A DNA stretch of 55,721 bases from Candidatus Eiseniibacteriota bacterium (GCA_031364845.1 JANLWX010000202.1:1-55721); one strand, 5' to 3'. Numbered from the stretch's first letter, positions 8,365-18,391 are shown. Notes: generated by a model not told the origin, from the letters alone. A program made the numbers and translations.

Positions 8365-11300
8365 ATGCGCCGCCTTCGACCGTGGATTGCCGTTGTCTTT
8401 GTCGCCCTCGCCATACCCGCGCCCGCCCGGGCGCAATGGGATGTCGCTGGTATTCGCGCATGCGCAGCCGACAGCGCGCAGCAGAATGTGCGATCGGTCT
8501 CCGACGGGGCCGGTGGCGTGATTCTGGTGTGGGAAGACCACCGCAACCGCGCCTCGACCAACGTCGATCTGTACGCCGTCCGTCTGCTGGCCGATGGCCG
8601 CGTCGCTCCCGGGTGGCCCGTGAACGGCCTTGTCGTCTGCAATGCGCCTGGATCGCAATCGTTCACCGGCTCGGGCGGAACCACCAGCAACATCGCAGCC
8701 GACGGAGTGGGGGGTGCGATCATCGTGTGGAACGACTTCCGGGCGGGCGCCAGCATCTATGCGCAGCGTGTGACGAGCTCGGGCACGGCCCTGTGGACGG
8801 CGAATGGTGTCGCGATCGTGTCCACCCTACCCATCTCGTCGCCCTCGGTCGTAACGGGTGGTGACGGCGGGGCCATCATCGTGTGGGAGGACAACCGCTC
8901 CGGCAATTACGACATCTTTGCGCAGCGGCTCGACGCCTCGGGAGGTGTGGCGGCGGGATGGCCGTTCGCAGGTGTCGCGGCCTGCTCGCTCGCGGGCACC
9001 CAATCGCGGCCGATGGCGATTTCCGACGGACGCGGCGGTGCGATCATCGCGTTTCAAAGCACCGGCATGCTCTCGCTCGACATCCGCGCCCAGCGGGTCG
9101 CTTCGGATGGCCGCAGATTGTGGGGATCATCCGGAACAGTGGTGAGCAATCCCTTGTTGAAAGAGGATATGATCCCCGACCTTGTCCCAGACGGAGCCGG
9201 TGGTGCGGTGATCGTGTGGGAAGAGCTGGAAGGCCCGGCATACGCTTACGCGCAACGCGTGGACTCCCTCGGGCTTTCGCTCTGGACGCCCAATGGAATC
9301 AGGGTGGCCAACACGAGCCCGTCGGGACCAAATCAGGACCAGACGCACATCGCCGCGGATGGTTTGGGTGGGGCCTACATCAGCCTGGTTCGAGGGATAT
9401 CCCTCATCGGGCAACACCTGGGTCCCTCGGGCACGTATCTGTGGAGTCCGGAGGGTGTCGCCATCAACGCTGCCCTGCCCGCGAATTCGCCACGCGTGAT
9501 CGGTGATGGAGTGGGCGGCGCGATCTTCACCTGGTCGACCGGAACGCACATCCTGGCGAGCCGATTCCTCTCCGGCGGGACGCTCGCGAGCGGCTGGCTC
9601 CCGAACGGAACCACGGCATTCGTGGATGCGCAGACTGGGGCCGCAAGCGCCCGGAGTGTTCCCGACGGTACCGGAGGCGCCATCATCGCGTGGCACGGGC
9701 CGGACCCCGCCGCACAGCGCGACATCAACGTCCAGCACATGGGCGCCGATGGGACGCGCGCGGCAGCACCGGCCGGCGCGTGGGATCTCAACGGTTCGCC
9801 CGCGGCTTCCGCGTCCGGCACCCAGACCGATCCCGCGCTCGTGACCGATGCCGAGGGCGGCACCATCATCGTGTGGACCGACTATCGCGCGGGTGCACCC
9901 GGGCTCGCGGCGCCGCACGGTTCAATGGGAACGCTGGGTCCCGGGCACGCGCGCATTTTCGGCACCAAGCTCACCGAGGCCGGCGACACCGATCCCGCCT
10001 GGACTCCGAATGGCTTGGTGCTGGCGAATGATCCCGGCAACCAGACGCAGCCGGTCGCGGTCGCCGATGGCTCCGGCGGTGCCATCACGGCGTGGACCGA
10101 CGACCGCAACGGCACGCTCGACATCTACGCGCAGCACGTCCTTGCGAATTCGACGATCGCCGCGGGCTGGGCGGCCTCGGGTTTGCCGGTGTGCGCCACC
10201 CTCGGCGATCAACAGTTCGCCGTCATGGCGACCGACGGAGCCGGCGGGGCGATCGTGGCGTGGGAGGACACCCGCAACGGCAACAGCGACATCTACGCCC
10301 AGCGCATGCGCGGCAATGGAACGCCGGTGTGGATCGCGAACGGTGTGGCGGTGTGCGCTGCTGCCGGCGAGCAGACGCGCCCGAGGATCGCGGCCGACGG
10401 CTCGGGTGGAGCCTTCATCACCTGGAGCGACGATCGCGCGGCGAGCCCGCCGGGCGCTCATGTGAACACCGGGACGTCGGACATTTTTGCGCTGCACGCG
10501 GACAGCACCGGAGCCCGCACGGCGGGCTGGGCCGTGAACGGAAGTCCGGTGTGCGCGGCGGGCGGCGATCAGAGTGCCCCGGTGGTCATCGCGGACGGCG
10601 TGGGCGGAGCGATCTTCGCATGGACCGACGCGCGCGGCGCGGACCTCGACGTCTATGCGCTGCGCACTACGGCCGACCCGGTTGCGCTGTGGACCACGAA
10701 CGGCGTCGCGGTGTGCGCCGTGACCGGAAATCAGCAGCATCCGCGCATCGCGACCGATGGCGCGGGTGGGGTGTTCGTCGCATGGCAGGACGAGCGTCCG
10801 GGCAGCAACGCGATCGATCTCTACGCACATCGCGTACGGGGCGCGGGGGCGCTCGATCCCGCGTGGCCAGCCTCCGGCAGAGCCCTGTGCACCGCCACCG
10901 GCAACCAGACGAACGCGCAGGTCGTGACCGATGGTCAGGGTGGAGCGCTCGTGTTCTGGGAGGATGGCCGCAACGGCTTCGCGGACATCTACGCGATCGG
11001 TGTGGGTCCCGGCGGCGTGATCGACTCGAGGTGGCCCGTCAACGGATTTCCGGTCTCGCTCGCGAGTGGCATTCAGACCGGAGTGGTGGTGACGACCGAC
11101 GGTCAGGGTGGAGCGATCGTCGGCTGGACCGATGGCCGCGCAAGCGAGCCCGACATCTACGCCATGCATCTGTTCGGAACGACGCAGACGAGCCCGACCG
11201 CGGTGGAAGATGGTGTTGCAACGGGCGGCGTTCGCCTGCGCGCGCCGTACCCCAACCCGGCGCCGCGTGGGGTCGCGATCTCCTTCGAACTCGCATCGGA

Positions 11301-11505
11301 CGCCTTCGTGTCGCTCGACGTGTTCGACCTCTCTGGTCGCCGCGTCGTCCGGCTCGCGGACGCCGCGCGCTTCACGGCGGGAATCCACGCGCTGCGCTGG
11401 AACGGCAACGACGACGCGGGGGCTTCGGTTCAGCCCGGGGTTTATTTCGTGCGGATGGAATCCGGAGGAAGCCGCCTGTCACGGCGTGTCGCGCTCGTGA
11501 GGTGA
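8365..11505 (+). CDS. Secreted protein with 16 'DGxGGAxxxWxDxR' repeats and a C-terminal FlgD-Ig/T9SS-like domain
   Basis: Signal peptide ending ARA|QW; about 55-65 aa repeats; C-terminal PYPNP...DLSGRRV...WNG...GVYFVR. Confidence 0.85.
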   Translation: MRRLRPWIAVVFVALAIPAPARAQWDVAGIRACAADSAQQNVRSVSDGAGGVILVWEDHRNRASTNVDLYAVRLLADGRVAPGWPVNGLVVCNAPGSQSFTGSGGTTSNIAADGVGGAIIVWNDFRAGASIYAQRVTSSGTALWTANGVAIVSTLPISSPSVVTGGDGGAIIVWEDNRSGNYDIFAQRLDASGGVAAGWPFAGVAACSLAGTQSRPMAISDGRGGAIIAFQSTGMLSLDIRAQRVASDGRRLWGSSGTVVSNPLLKEDMIPDLVPDGAGGAVIVWEELEGPAYAYAQRVDSLGLSLWTPNGIRVANTSPSGPNQDQTHIAADGLGGAYISLVRGISLIGQHLGPSGTYLWSPEGVAINAALPANSPRVIGDGVGGAIFTWSTGTHILASRFLSGGTLASGWLPNGTTAFVDAQTGAASARSVPDGTGGAIIAWHGPDPAAQRDINVQHMGADGTRAAAPAGAWDLNGSPAASASGTQTDPALVTDAEGGTIIVWTDYRAGAPGLAAPHGSMGTLGPGHARIFGTKLTEAGDTDPAWTPNGLVLANDPGNQTQPVAVADGSGGAITAWTDDRNGTLDIYAQHVLANSTIAAGWAASGLPVCATLGDQQFAVMATDGAGGAIVAWEDTRNGNSDIYAQRMRGNGTPVWIANGVAVCAAAGEQTRPRIAADGSGGAFITWSDDRAASPPGAHVNTGTSDIFALHADSTGARTAGWAVNGSPVCAAGGDQSAPVVIADGVGGAIFAWTDARGADLDVYALRTTADPVALWTTNGVAVCAVTGNQQHPRIATDGAGGVFVAWQDERPGSNAIDLYAHRVRGAGALDPAWPASGRALCTATGNQTNAQVVTDGQGGALVFWEDGRNGFADIYAIGVGPGGVIDSRWPVNGFPVSLASGIQTGVVVTTDGQGGAIVGWTDGRASEPDIYAMHLFGTTQTSPTAVEDGVATGGVRLRAPYPNPAPRGVAISFELASDAFVSLDVFDLSGRRVVRLADAARFTAGIHALRWNGNDDAGASVQPGVYFVRMESGGSRLSRRVALVR

Positions 11506-11563
11506 GGGCCGCGCGCCCGCGCGCGCGCGCCCATCCGCCCGCCGCGTTTGCGCGATCGCGTCG

Positions 11564-13966
11564 CTACACGCCGCTGCTTCCGGTGAGCCCGCTCGCCTCG
11601 CGGAACGAATCGAAACTCGATCGCTCGTCCTCGGGCAATGCAGCCGCCTCGAGCGGCCACACGAGGCTGCGCCCGCGCGCGCCCAGGTGCGCGCTGAACT
11701 CGGCCGAGCCACGCACGCCACGGAATTCCGGCAGCACGCGCCATGATGGCGGGTGGCGCTTGTCGATCGCCTCGGCGGCGCGCAGAAAGCGCACGGCCTC
11801 CTTCGAGTCACCGAGCACACCCGCGGCGGCGGCCGCGAGTTCGCATCCGTAGGACTCCTCGGGCGGAGCCGTCGCGAGTTGCGCGAGCAGTGCCCGCGCG
11901 CGCTCGGGTGACGGCATGTGCGCTTCGACGAGCGCTTCGGCCGCGGCGAGCATGCGCGCGGAGAGTCCGGCCGCGCGTCCGCCCGCGATCTCCTGCCGCG
12001 CGGAGGCGAGATCGCCGCCCGCGACGTAGGCATGAGCCCGCATGGCGTACGCATAGCTCGCGTGGAACGGACTCGCGCCGCTGTTCTGCGCGCGATGACA
12101 CGCGGCGATCGCTTCGGGTCCGCGACGTGTGTAAATGTATACGAGCGCGAGCATCAGGTGGCTGAGACCGTACGCGGGATCGACGCTGGCCGCCTGCCGC
12201 AACGCGCGCTCGGCGCCGGCGAAATCGCCGCTGCTCAAGTATTCCTGGGCGAGGTTGATGAGCGCGGGAATGTGCGTCGGGTCGCATTCGAGCGCGCGCC
12301 TCAACGCCGCGACCGCGGGTTCGGTTTCGCGTTCGGCCTGATAGAACAGCGCCTGCGCTTTGTGACCTTCAGGACGCCGCGGATCGAGGGTGATCGAACG
12401 GCGCGCCGCTTCGAGGCCCCGGTCGCGCCAGCGCGGATCGCGGTCCCAGCCTTTGTCGATCATCTGGCCGCAGCAGTCGGCAACTCCCGCCCACGCGAGC
12501 GAATACCCGGGGTCGACCGCGACGGCCTGCTCGAAGCATTCGAGCGCGCGCGCGACGTCCTCGCGCGTGTAGCGCCGATACGACTCGCGGCCCCTGAGGT
12601 AGAGGTCGTAGGCTTCGACCTGCCGCGGCCGCGCCCGGCGCATCGCTGCTTTAGCGTCGTCCGAGGGCGCGCGCCCGAGGGCCGCGGCGATCGCTTCGGC
12701 GATCTCCTCCTGCACCGCGAACACGTCCTCGAGCGAACGGTCGTAGCGTTCGGCCCAGAGATGGAAGTCGTTACGCGGATCGACCAGTTGTGCGGTGATG
12801 CGCAGTCGATCGCCGACGCGCCGCACGCGGCCTTCGACCACCGCCGCCACACCGAGCTCCGAAGCGATGCGGCGCACGTCGGTCGTGGTTCCGCGGTACT
12901 TCATCACGGCATTGCGCGACGCCACCTGCAGACCGGGAACTTTGGCGAGGTCGGTGAGCAGATCCTCGGTGAGACCGTCGCAGAAGTAGTCGTTCGCGGG
13001 ATCGTTCGAGAGATTCTCGAAGAACAGCACCGCGAGGCTGCGCAGCCCGGAACCTGATGCGGGTGGCGGCTGCCCATCGCCGGGGAGCAGCGATCCGGTC
13101 GCGGTCATCGACTCCACGGCGCGCGCAAACGCTGCCACGTCCGGCCAGCGGCGGCCGGGTTCTTTTTCGAGCGCCCGCATCAGCAGTGCATTCCACGCCG
13201 GGTTCACGCCCGGCCTGCGGCGGGTCGGCGGATCGGGAAACACGTTGCTGATCGCATACATCACCGCCGCGGCACCGCTGCCCTGGAACGGCAGCTCGCC
13301 GGTGACGCATTCGTAGGCGAGGACCGCGAGCGAGAACTGGTCGGAAGCAGGCGAGGCCGGATCCCCGCGCAGGATTTCGGGGGCGACGTAGGCGGGGGTG
13401 CCGAGCACCGTGGAGGTCGAGGTCAGCCGCTGGCTGCCGGTGATGCGCGCGAGTCCGAAGTCGGCGAGTTTGATCTCGCCCGCGGAACCCAACAGCACAT
13501 TGTCGCTCTTCACGTCACGATGGAGGATGCCGCGCGCGTGCGTCGCTTCGAGTGCCGCGGCGATCGCCAGAACGATCGCTTTCGATCGCTCTTCGTCGAG
13601 CGGGCCCCGCGCGATCGCATCGCGCAGCGACTCGCCGTCGATGAACTGCATCGCGAGGTAGGAGAGGCCGCCGGCTTCACCAAAATCGTACAACGTGCAG
13701 ATATGGGGGTGATCCAGGGCCGCGATCGCGCGCGCTTCCTCATTGAAGCGCTGGATCGCACGCGCGTCGTCCTGCCGGTGGGCCTGAAGCACCTTGAGGG
13801 CGACGTGTCGTCCGAGCCGCGTGTCCTCGGCGCGATAGACGAGGCCCATGCCACCCTCGCCGAGCTTGGCGAGGATACGGTAGTGGGCGATGTTCGAGAG
13901 CTTGGGCTCCACGGCCGGGCCGGATCTCCAGGGTGATGTCGCGCCGGATGACAACGTATCCGACAT
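11564..13966 (-). CDS. Hanks-type Ser/Thr protein kinase with TolB-N-like and TPR domains
   Basis: GEGGMG, VALK, HRDVKSDN, DFG, GTPAYVAPE; then SLAVLFFENLS...DGLTEDL and TPR helices. No TM segment seen. Alternative GTG start at 13978. Confidence 0.92.
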   Translation of the reverse strand: MSDTLSSGATSPWRSGPAVEPKLSNIAHYRILAKLGEGGMGLVYRAEDTRLGRHVALKVLQAHRQDDARAIQRFNEEARAIAALDHPHICTLYDFGEAGGLSYLAMQFIDGESLRDAIARGPLDEERSKAIVLAIAAALEATHARGILHRDVKSDNVLLGSAGEIKLADFGLARITGSQRLTSTSTVLGTPAYVAPEILRGDPASPASDQFSLAVLAYECVTGELPFQGSGAAAVMYAISNVFPDPPTRRRPGVNPAWNALLMRALEKEPGRRWPDVAAFARAVESMTATGSLLPGDGQPPPASGSGLRSLAVLFFENLSNDPANDYFCDGLTEDLLTDLAKVPGLQVASRNAVMKYRGTTTDVRRIASELGVAAVVEGRVRRVGDRLRITAQLVDPRNDFHLWAERYDRSLEDVFAVQEEIAEAIAAALGRAPSDDAKAAMRRARPRQVEAYDLYLRGRESYRRYTREDVARALECFEQAVAVDPGYSLAWAGVADCCGQMIDKGWDRDPRWRDRGLEAARRSITLDPRRPEGHKAQALFYQAERETEPAVAALRRALECDPTHIPALINLAQEYLSSGDFAGAERALRQAASVDPAYGLSHLMLALVYIYTRRGPEAIAACHRAQNSGASPFHASYAYAMRAHAYVAGGDLASARQEIAGGRAAGLSARMLAAAEALVEAHMPSPERARALLAQLATAPPEESYGCELAAAAAGVLGDSKEAVRFLRAAEAIDKRHPPSWRVLPEFRGVRGSAEFSAHLGARGRSLVWPLEAAALPEDERSSFDSFREASGLTGSSGV

Positions 13967-13978
13967 TGCAGAATGCAC

Positions 13979-14006
13979 TCAAGCCCCTGGCCCCCCGGGC
14001 CGATCC
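13979..14006 (+). promoter_or_regulatory. Candidate sigma28 (FliA)-type promoter
   Basis: TCAAG-N15-GCCGATCC upstream of RBS GGGGAGGT and ATG 14025; the consensus is TAAA-N15/16-GCCGATAA. Confidence 0.55.
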
Positions 14007-14024
14007 CTGCTCGGGGAGGTCTTC

Positions 14025-15179
14025 ATGAGCCGGATCCGCCGTATCGTCTTCACCGCCGACATCCTGCGTCCGCATCGCGGCCCGTGCGGCTGGGGGAGTG
14101 CGACCCACAAGAATGCGCGCTGGCTCGGCCATCTGCTGGGCTGGCCCCTGTCCCGTGCGACCGGACTCGAAACAGAGCGTGTGAGCTTCGAGCCGGGCGG
14201 ATTCGATCCGCGCCTTTTCTACGACGCCATGGGCCTACGCCTCGATGCGATTTCATGGGCGTCGGTGATCCACCTCACGGAACTCCCCGATGCCGCGCGC
14301 GAAGCGCTCGCCCGGCCGTTCGACGGCGCACTCGTGATCGGGGTCGAGATCCCGGACGTGATGCAGCGGGTGCTGGCCGAAGGTGGGATTCCGTTCGTGG
14401 ACGTGGTGTCGCATCCGGTGCGGTTCATGGACGATCTGCTGTTCGCGCTGCGCACGAATCACCCGGGCATTCACGCCGCGCCCACGCAACATGCATTCGA
14501 CGTCGACCGCTGCACGCCGTTCGCCGATCTCCACCGGGCCAAGGCCGCGTGGATGCCGCCGCTCGATCTGCCGCCGGCGACCGCGCTCATCACCGGGCAG
14601 GTTGCGACCGACAAGGCGGTGATCTGCCCATCGCGCCGGCGTTTCGTGAGCCTCGCCGATTACGTCGAGCCGCTGTTCGACCTCTGCGCGCGACACGAGC
14701 GCGTGCTGTTCAAGCCGCATCCGTATCAGGGTGCCGATTGCCCGTCACGGGCGGTGATCCAGTCGATGCGCGCGATCCAAACCGTCGAGCACAACTTCTA
14801 CTACCTGATGGGGCAGGAGCAGATCACCGACGTCTATGCGATCAACTCGGGCACCGTTCACGAGGCTCCGTACTTCGGTAAACGCGGGCACGGATTTCTC
14901 GCTCCGCTCTACGAATTCGGCGCTCGCGCGCCGGTGGCCGGCGGGGCCGGCGCGTGCGTGCCGGTCACTGATGCGATCCTCTCGCCCGCGTTCTGGAGCG
15001 ACGTGCTCGTGCCGTGCGTGCCGACGCGCGCGGACGTTCCGGCAGGACCACCCCCGCGACCTTCACGCCTGCGCCGCAGCCTCAACGCGGATTGGGATCA
15101 CGGCTACATCGACGCGATCGTCCAGCGCGCGACACCGGCCCCGGTGCCCGCGGGATTCGCCGAAGCGAGGACTTCATGA
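14025..15179 (+). CDS. Putative CMP-ulosonic acid (beta-Kdo-type) glycosyltransferase, GT99/GT107-like
   Basis: LITGQVATD (QxxxD), FKPHPY (HP) and INSGTVHEA motifs as in WbbB-GT99/KpsC/KpsS; strong RBS. Confidence 0.6.
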   Translation: MSRIRRIVFTADILRPHRGPCGWGSATHKNARWLGHLLGWPLSRATGLETERVSFEPGGFDPRLFYDAMGLRLDAISWASVIHLTELPDAAREALARPFDGALVIGVEIPDVMQRVLAEGGIPFVDVVSHPVRFMDDLLFALRTNHPGIHAAPTQHAFDVDRCTPFADLHRAKAAWMPPLDLPPATALITGQVATDKAVICPSRRRFVSLADYVEPLFDLCARHERVLFKPHPYQGADCPSRAVIQSMRAIQTVEHNFYYLMGQEQITDVYAINSGTVHEAPYFGKRGHGFLAPLYEFGARAPVAGGAGACVPVTDAILSPAFWSDVLVPCVPTRADVPAGPPPRPSRLRRSLNADWDHGYIDAIVQRATPAPVPAGFAEARTS

Positions 15180-17050
15180 TGTCCACGACCGCCACGGAAA
15201 ACGACGTGATCGTCGCAGCGAAGCAAAGCATCGATGCAGGACGCTTCGCAGAAGGCGAAGCGTTGCTCGCGCCGGTTCTGGCGGCGGAGCCGCGCCATCT
15301 GGTCGGGCGCTGTGTGGCCGGATACTCCGCGTTCCTGCGGGCGGACTACGCTGCGGCACTCCCTCATCTGGAGATCGCGGTCGAGATCGACCCGCTCGCC
15401 TTCGACGCCCAGTACCTGCACGCCTTCACGCTCGCCGAACTCCACCAGACGCAACCCGCGCTCGATGCGCTCGCGCGCGTGCTCACGCTCGATCCATCGT
15501 GCGCGACGGCGCGACTGCGGCGCGCGCGGTTGCTGATCGAAGCGGGTGAACACGAAGCGGCGTTGCGGTGTCTCGAGGCGGGCCGCGCGCATGGTTTCGA
15601 GGAAGAGGACATCGCGATGGCACTTCAGGCTTCTCTCGACGCGACACGCGCCGACGACCGGTCCGAAGTGCCATCACCCGCAGCGGCCGAATTGCCGCGA
15701 ACGACGGCGGGCACCTCGCTGTCCCGGGTCGAATGGGTGGACCCGCGCTCGCTGCTGCATTCGGGAAGGCTCGATGTGTGCGCCAAGTATCTCCATGCGC
15801 GCACCCTGCTCGGCATGCCGCCGCTGCACTCGCGCTATGACACCGAGAGTGTCTACCTGCGCCACATTCTGTTTCGCACCGGCGGCTCCGAATCCGGCGA
15901 TGCGGTGCGCAAAGGAACGCTCGCCGAGTTCGCTGCCCAGTTCCGGCAGCTGATCGGCTCCATGCGCGCGAACGGGTTCGATCCCGCGCATCCAATCCCG
16001 GTCGCTCGCCGCACCGGCCTCATTCTGAACGGCGCCCATCGCCTGGCTGCCGCTCTCGCGCTCGGTATCGAGAAGGTGGCAGTCACGTACGACGAGTCCG
16101 TGGAGGGCCTCACGTGGGACTTCGACGAATTCGTCGCCGAAGGCTTCCGGCCGCTCGAGCTCGATGAGCTGGTGCGGGCGTGGATTGATCTGCGCGGAGG
16201 GAATGCCGCATGCATTCTCCTGTGGCCGCCGGTGGCGGATCACTGGGACGAGATCGAGCGATCCATCGCGGCGGAGTACCCACGCGTCGCGAGCCGTGAC
16301 TATTCATTCGCGTCGGCGGCGTTCACCGAGCTGGTGCGCGACATCTACACCAGCGACTGGGGACCGGTCGTGGGCGACAACATCGAGCGCAAGGCCGCGT
16401 TGTTCGCGAATCACGAGCCGAAGTTGCGGATGCTCGTGGTGGAAGTGCCCGCGGGCCGCACGCTCGGCACGCTCAAGCGCACGATGCGCGAACGCTATCA
16501 TGCCGTGGTGGATGCCGACCGCTTCGCGACGCTGCACACGACCGACACTCCGCGCGAAACCGCGCATGTCGCCAGTCTCCTGCTGCACGAAGAATCGCTC
16601 GCCGCGTTGCGGCTGCGTCCCGATCCGCCGCGCCCCGAGTTCCTCGCGTGGCTCGGCGACTATCACGCGGCACTCGGCCGCCTCGCGATCGATCCGGAGC
16701 ACTGCTGCGTGGTCGGCAGCAGCGTGCTCGAGGCGCTCGGCGTGCGCGACGCCACCGACATCGACTTCACGGTGACTCACGCGGTGCGAGAGGCGCGCTT
16801 CGATGGCGGCGTCACGCACGTGAACGCGGACCTCGACGTCGTGGCGCGGGACTATCCCCGCGCGATCGCCCGCGCCGAGGCGCCGGGGGACGATCATCTG
16901 GTAGGAGACCGGGCGCTTCACTTCCGATACCGCGGCCTCAAGTTCGCGTCCCTCGATGTGGTCGTCGAGCGCAAGCAGACCCAGCGCCGTGCCAAGGACC
17001 TCGCGGACGTCGCCCGGGTCGCTCATATGAGGCTGGCGGGGAAACTGTAG
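15176..17050 (+). CDS. Multidomain protein: TPR + ParB/Srx-like + NDK-like + nucleotidyltransferase
   Basis: N-terminal TPR helices; SMRANGFD...ILNGAHRLAAALALG (ParB/Srx GxHR); LHTTDTPRE (NDK-like H-x-S/T-D); VVGSSVLEALGVRDATDIDF and K...R.KD..D (DNA pol-beta NTase). ATGA-coupled to the upstream gene. Confidence 0.65.
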   Translation: MMSTTATENDVIVAAKQSIDAGRFAEGEALLAPVLAAEPRHLVGRCVAGYSAFLRADYAAALPHLEIAVEIDPLAFDAQYLHAFTLAELHQTQPALDALARVLTLDPSCATARLRRARLLIEAGEHEAALRCLEAGRAHGFEEEDIAMALQASLDATRADDRSEVPSPAAAELPRTTAGTSLSRVEWVDPRSLLHSGRLDVCAKYLHARTLLGMPPLHSRYDTESVYLRHILFRTGGSESGDAVRKGTLAEFAAQFRQLIGSMRANGFDPAHPIPVARRTGLILNGAHRLAAALALGIEKVAVTYDESVEGLTWDFDEFVAEGFRPLELDELVRAWIDLRGGNAACILLWPPVADHWDEIERSIAAEYPRVASRDYSFASAAFTELVRDIYTSDWGPVVGDNIERKAALFANHEPKLRMLVVEVPAGRTLGTLKRTMRERYHAVVDADRFATLHTTDTPRETAHVASLLLHEESLAALRLRPDPPRPEFLAWLGDYHAALGRLAIDPEHCCVVGSSVLEALGVRDATDIDFTVTHAVREARFDGGVTHVNADLDVVARDYPRAIARAEAPGDDHLVGDRALHFRYRGLKFASLDVVVERKQTQRRAKDLADVARVAHMRLAGKL

Positions 17051-17160
17051 CGGCTGCGACATCGTGCCGGTCCAGAGGCCCGCTGGCCTCGTGCCGCTGA
17101 TCTCTTGGCGCGGCCGGCGAAGCGCGGACACGGCATCCTGCACGGTCCGCGCCCGGAACC

Positions 17161-17187
17161 TCAACTTCCGACCGGTTCGACCGAAAC
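17161..17187 (+). promoter_or_regulatory. Candidate sigma28-type promoter
   Basis: TCAA-N15-ACCGAAAC upstream of RBS GGGGAGG and GTG 17239. Confidence 0.4.
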
Positions 17188-17238
17188 TCCTCGAGGAGAC
17201 TTCGCGTGGGGCGGAGCCGCCGGGGGAGGTGCCGCGTC

Positions 17239-18391
17239 GTGGACTTCTGGGTCGCGCCCGCAGACGGGCTGTCATCCGCACTGACCGCCGGTCCCGCCAA
17301 CCGTGAGGCACTCGCGACCACTGCGATCAGCCGCGGGGCGTCGCGACTCCAGTCCCAGGACCTCAACGGCGCCATCGCCGAATTCAAACGCGCGGTCGCC
17401 TACAATCCCAACCTCACGGTCGGCTACCAGTACCAGGGCCGCGTGTTCAGCATGATGGGCCGGCGCTCCGAGGCCATCGACGCGTTCGAGCGCGCGGTGC
17501 GCACGGACTCCACGAATGCTGATGCCCGCGCCGAACTCGCCAAGGCCTACGTCGCCGATCAGCGCTTCGCGGAGGCCGAGGAGGAGATGAAGCAGCTGGA
17601 GCGCGCGAACCCGGCCGATGTCGGCCCGCACGCTTCGCTCGGCTACCTCTACCTCAGCCAGGGACGTCTCGCCGAGGCCGACACGCAGATGACGCGCGTG
17701 ACCGAGATCGCTCCGCGCGACCCGGGGGCCTGGAAGAGCCTGGGCCTCGTGCGCAAAGCGCAGGGGCAGCTCACCGAAGCGGTGCGGATGTTCGAGCGTT
17801 CGATGGAGCTCGATCCCAAGTATGTCGACTCGATCTCGGAGCTCGGGTTCGCCCGGCGATCAGCTGCGCCGCATCGGCACCGATCGCGCGCTGGCGCTCG
17901 CGTTCGAGCTCGAGCTCAGCATGCTCACGCCGCAGATCGCCTACCTCGATTCGAGCAAGTCCACCTTCGTCGCGTCGCTCGGGCCGGGCACCGCGCTTTC
18001 GACGCTCGATCCCGCGCTTACGACCCCGGGTGCGGTGGCGACGTTCTCGATGACGTTCCGGTTCAATCAGCCGATGGATGCGATCTCGATGCGGACCACG
18101 ACGAACTGGTCCATCACGAAGGCGGCCGGTGGTGAGGGCGGTCTCTACAACCACGGCTCCTATCGTGACGCCTCGCGCCAGGTCGGCATCCTTCCGACAC
18201 CGATTTCGGTGGTGTACGACCCCGACCAGCAGACCGCCACGGTCTACTTCCGGGTGCGCCAGAACGCGGCGGGTGACGGGCTGATCGATCCGTCGCACTG
18301 GGTGTTCCAGTTCTTCGGCACGGATGCGGCCGGAAACCCGATGGATCGCCGCGGCGATCAGTACAACGGGGATGTCGGCGCGCCATTCTGA
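17239..18391 (+). pseudogene. TPR protein with C-terminal beta-rich domain, frameshifted near 17853 (pseudogene or sequencing error)
   Basis: TPRs run to ...SISELGFA (17853) and that frame then turns Arg-rich nonsense. The +1 frame continues DQLRRIGTDRALALAFELEL...FRFNQPMD...IDPSHWVFQFFG...GAPF* to 18391. Confidence 0.7.

Noticed and set aside
15720..16120. ParB-like domain as a plasmid/chromosome partition or anti-phage system
   Set aside because: No ParA, HTH, nuclease or methylase nearby; the context is a glycosyltransferase and an NTase.
16690..17050. Nucleotidyltransferase as CBASS cyclase or MNT-HEPN/AbiE toxin
   Set aside because: No effector, HEPN or antitoxin partner adjacent; it is fused within a glycan-related unit.
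17840..17870. Programmed ribosomal frameshift
   Set aside because: No slippery heptamer or homopolymer, and the TPR appears to be missing residues, which favours a deletion or error.
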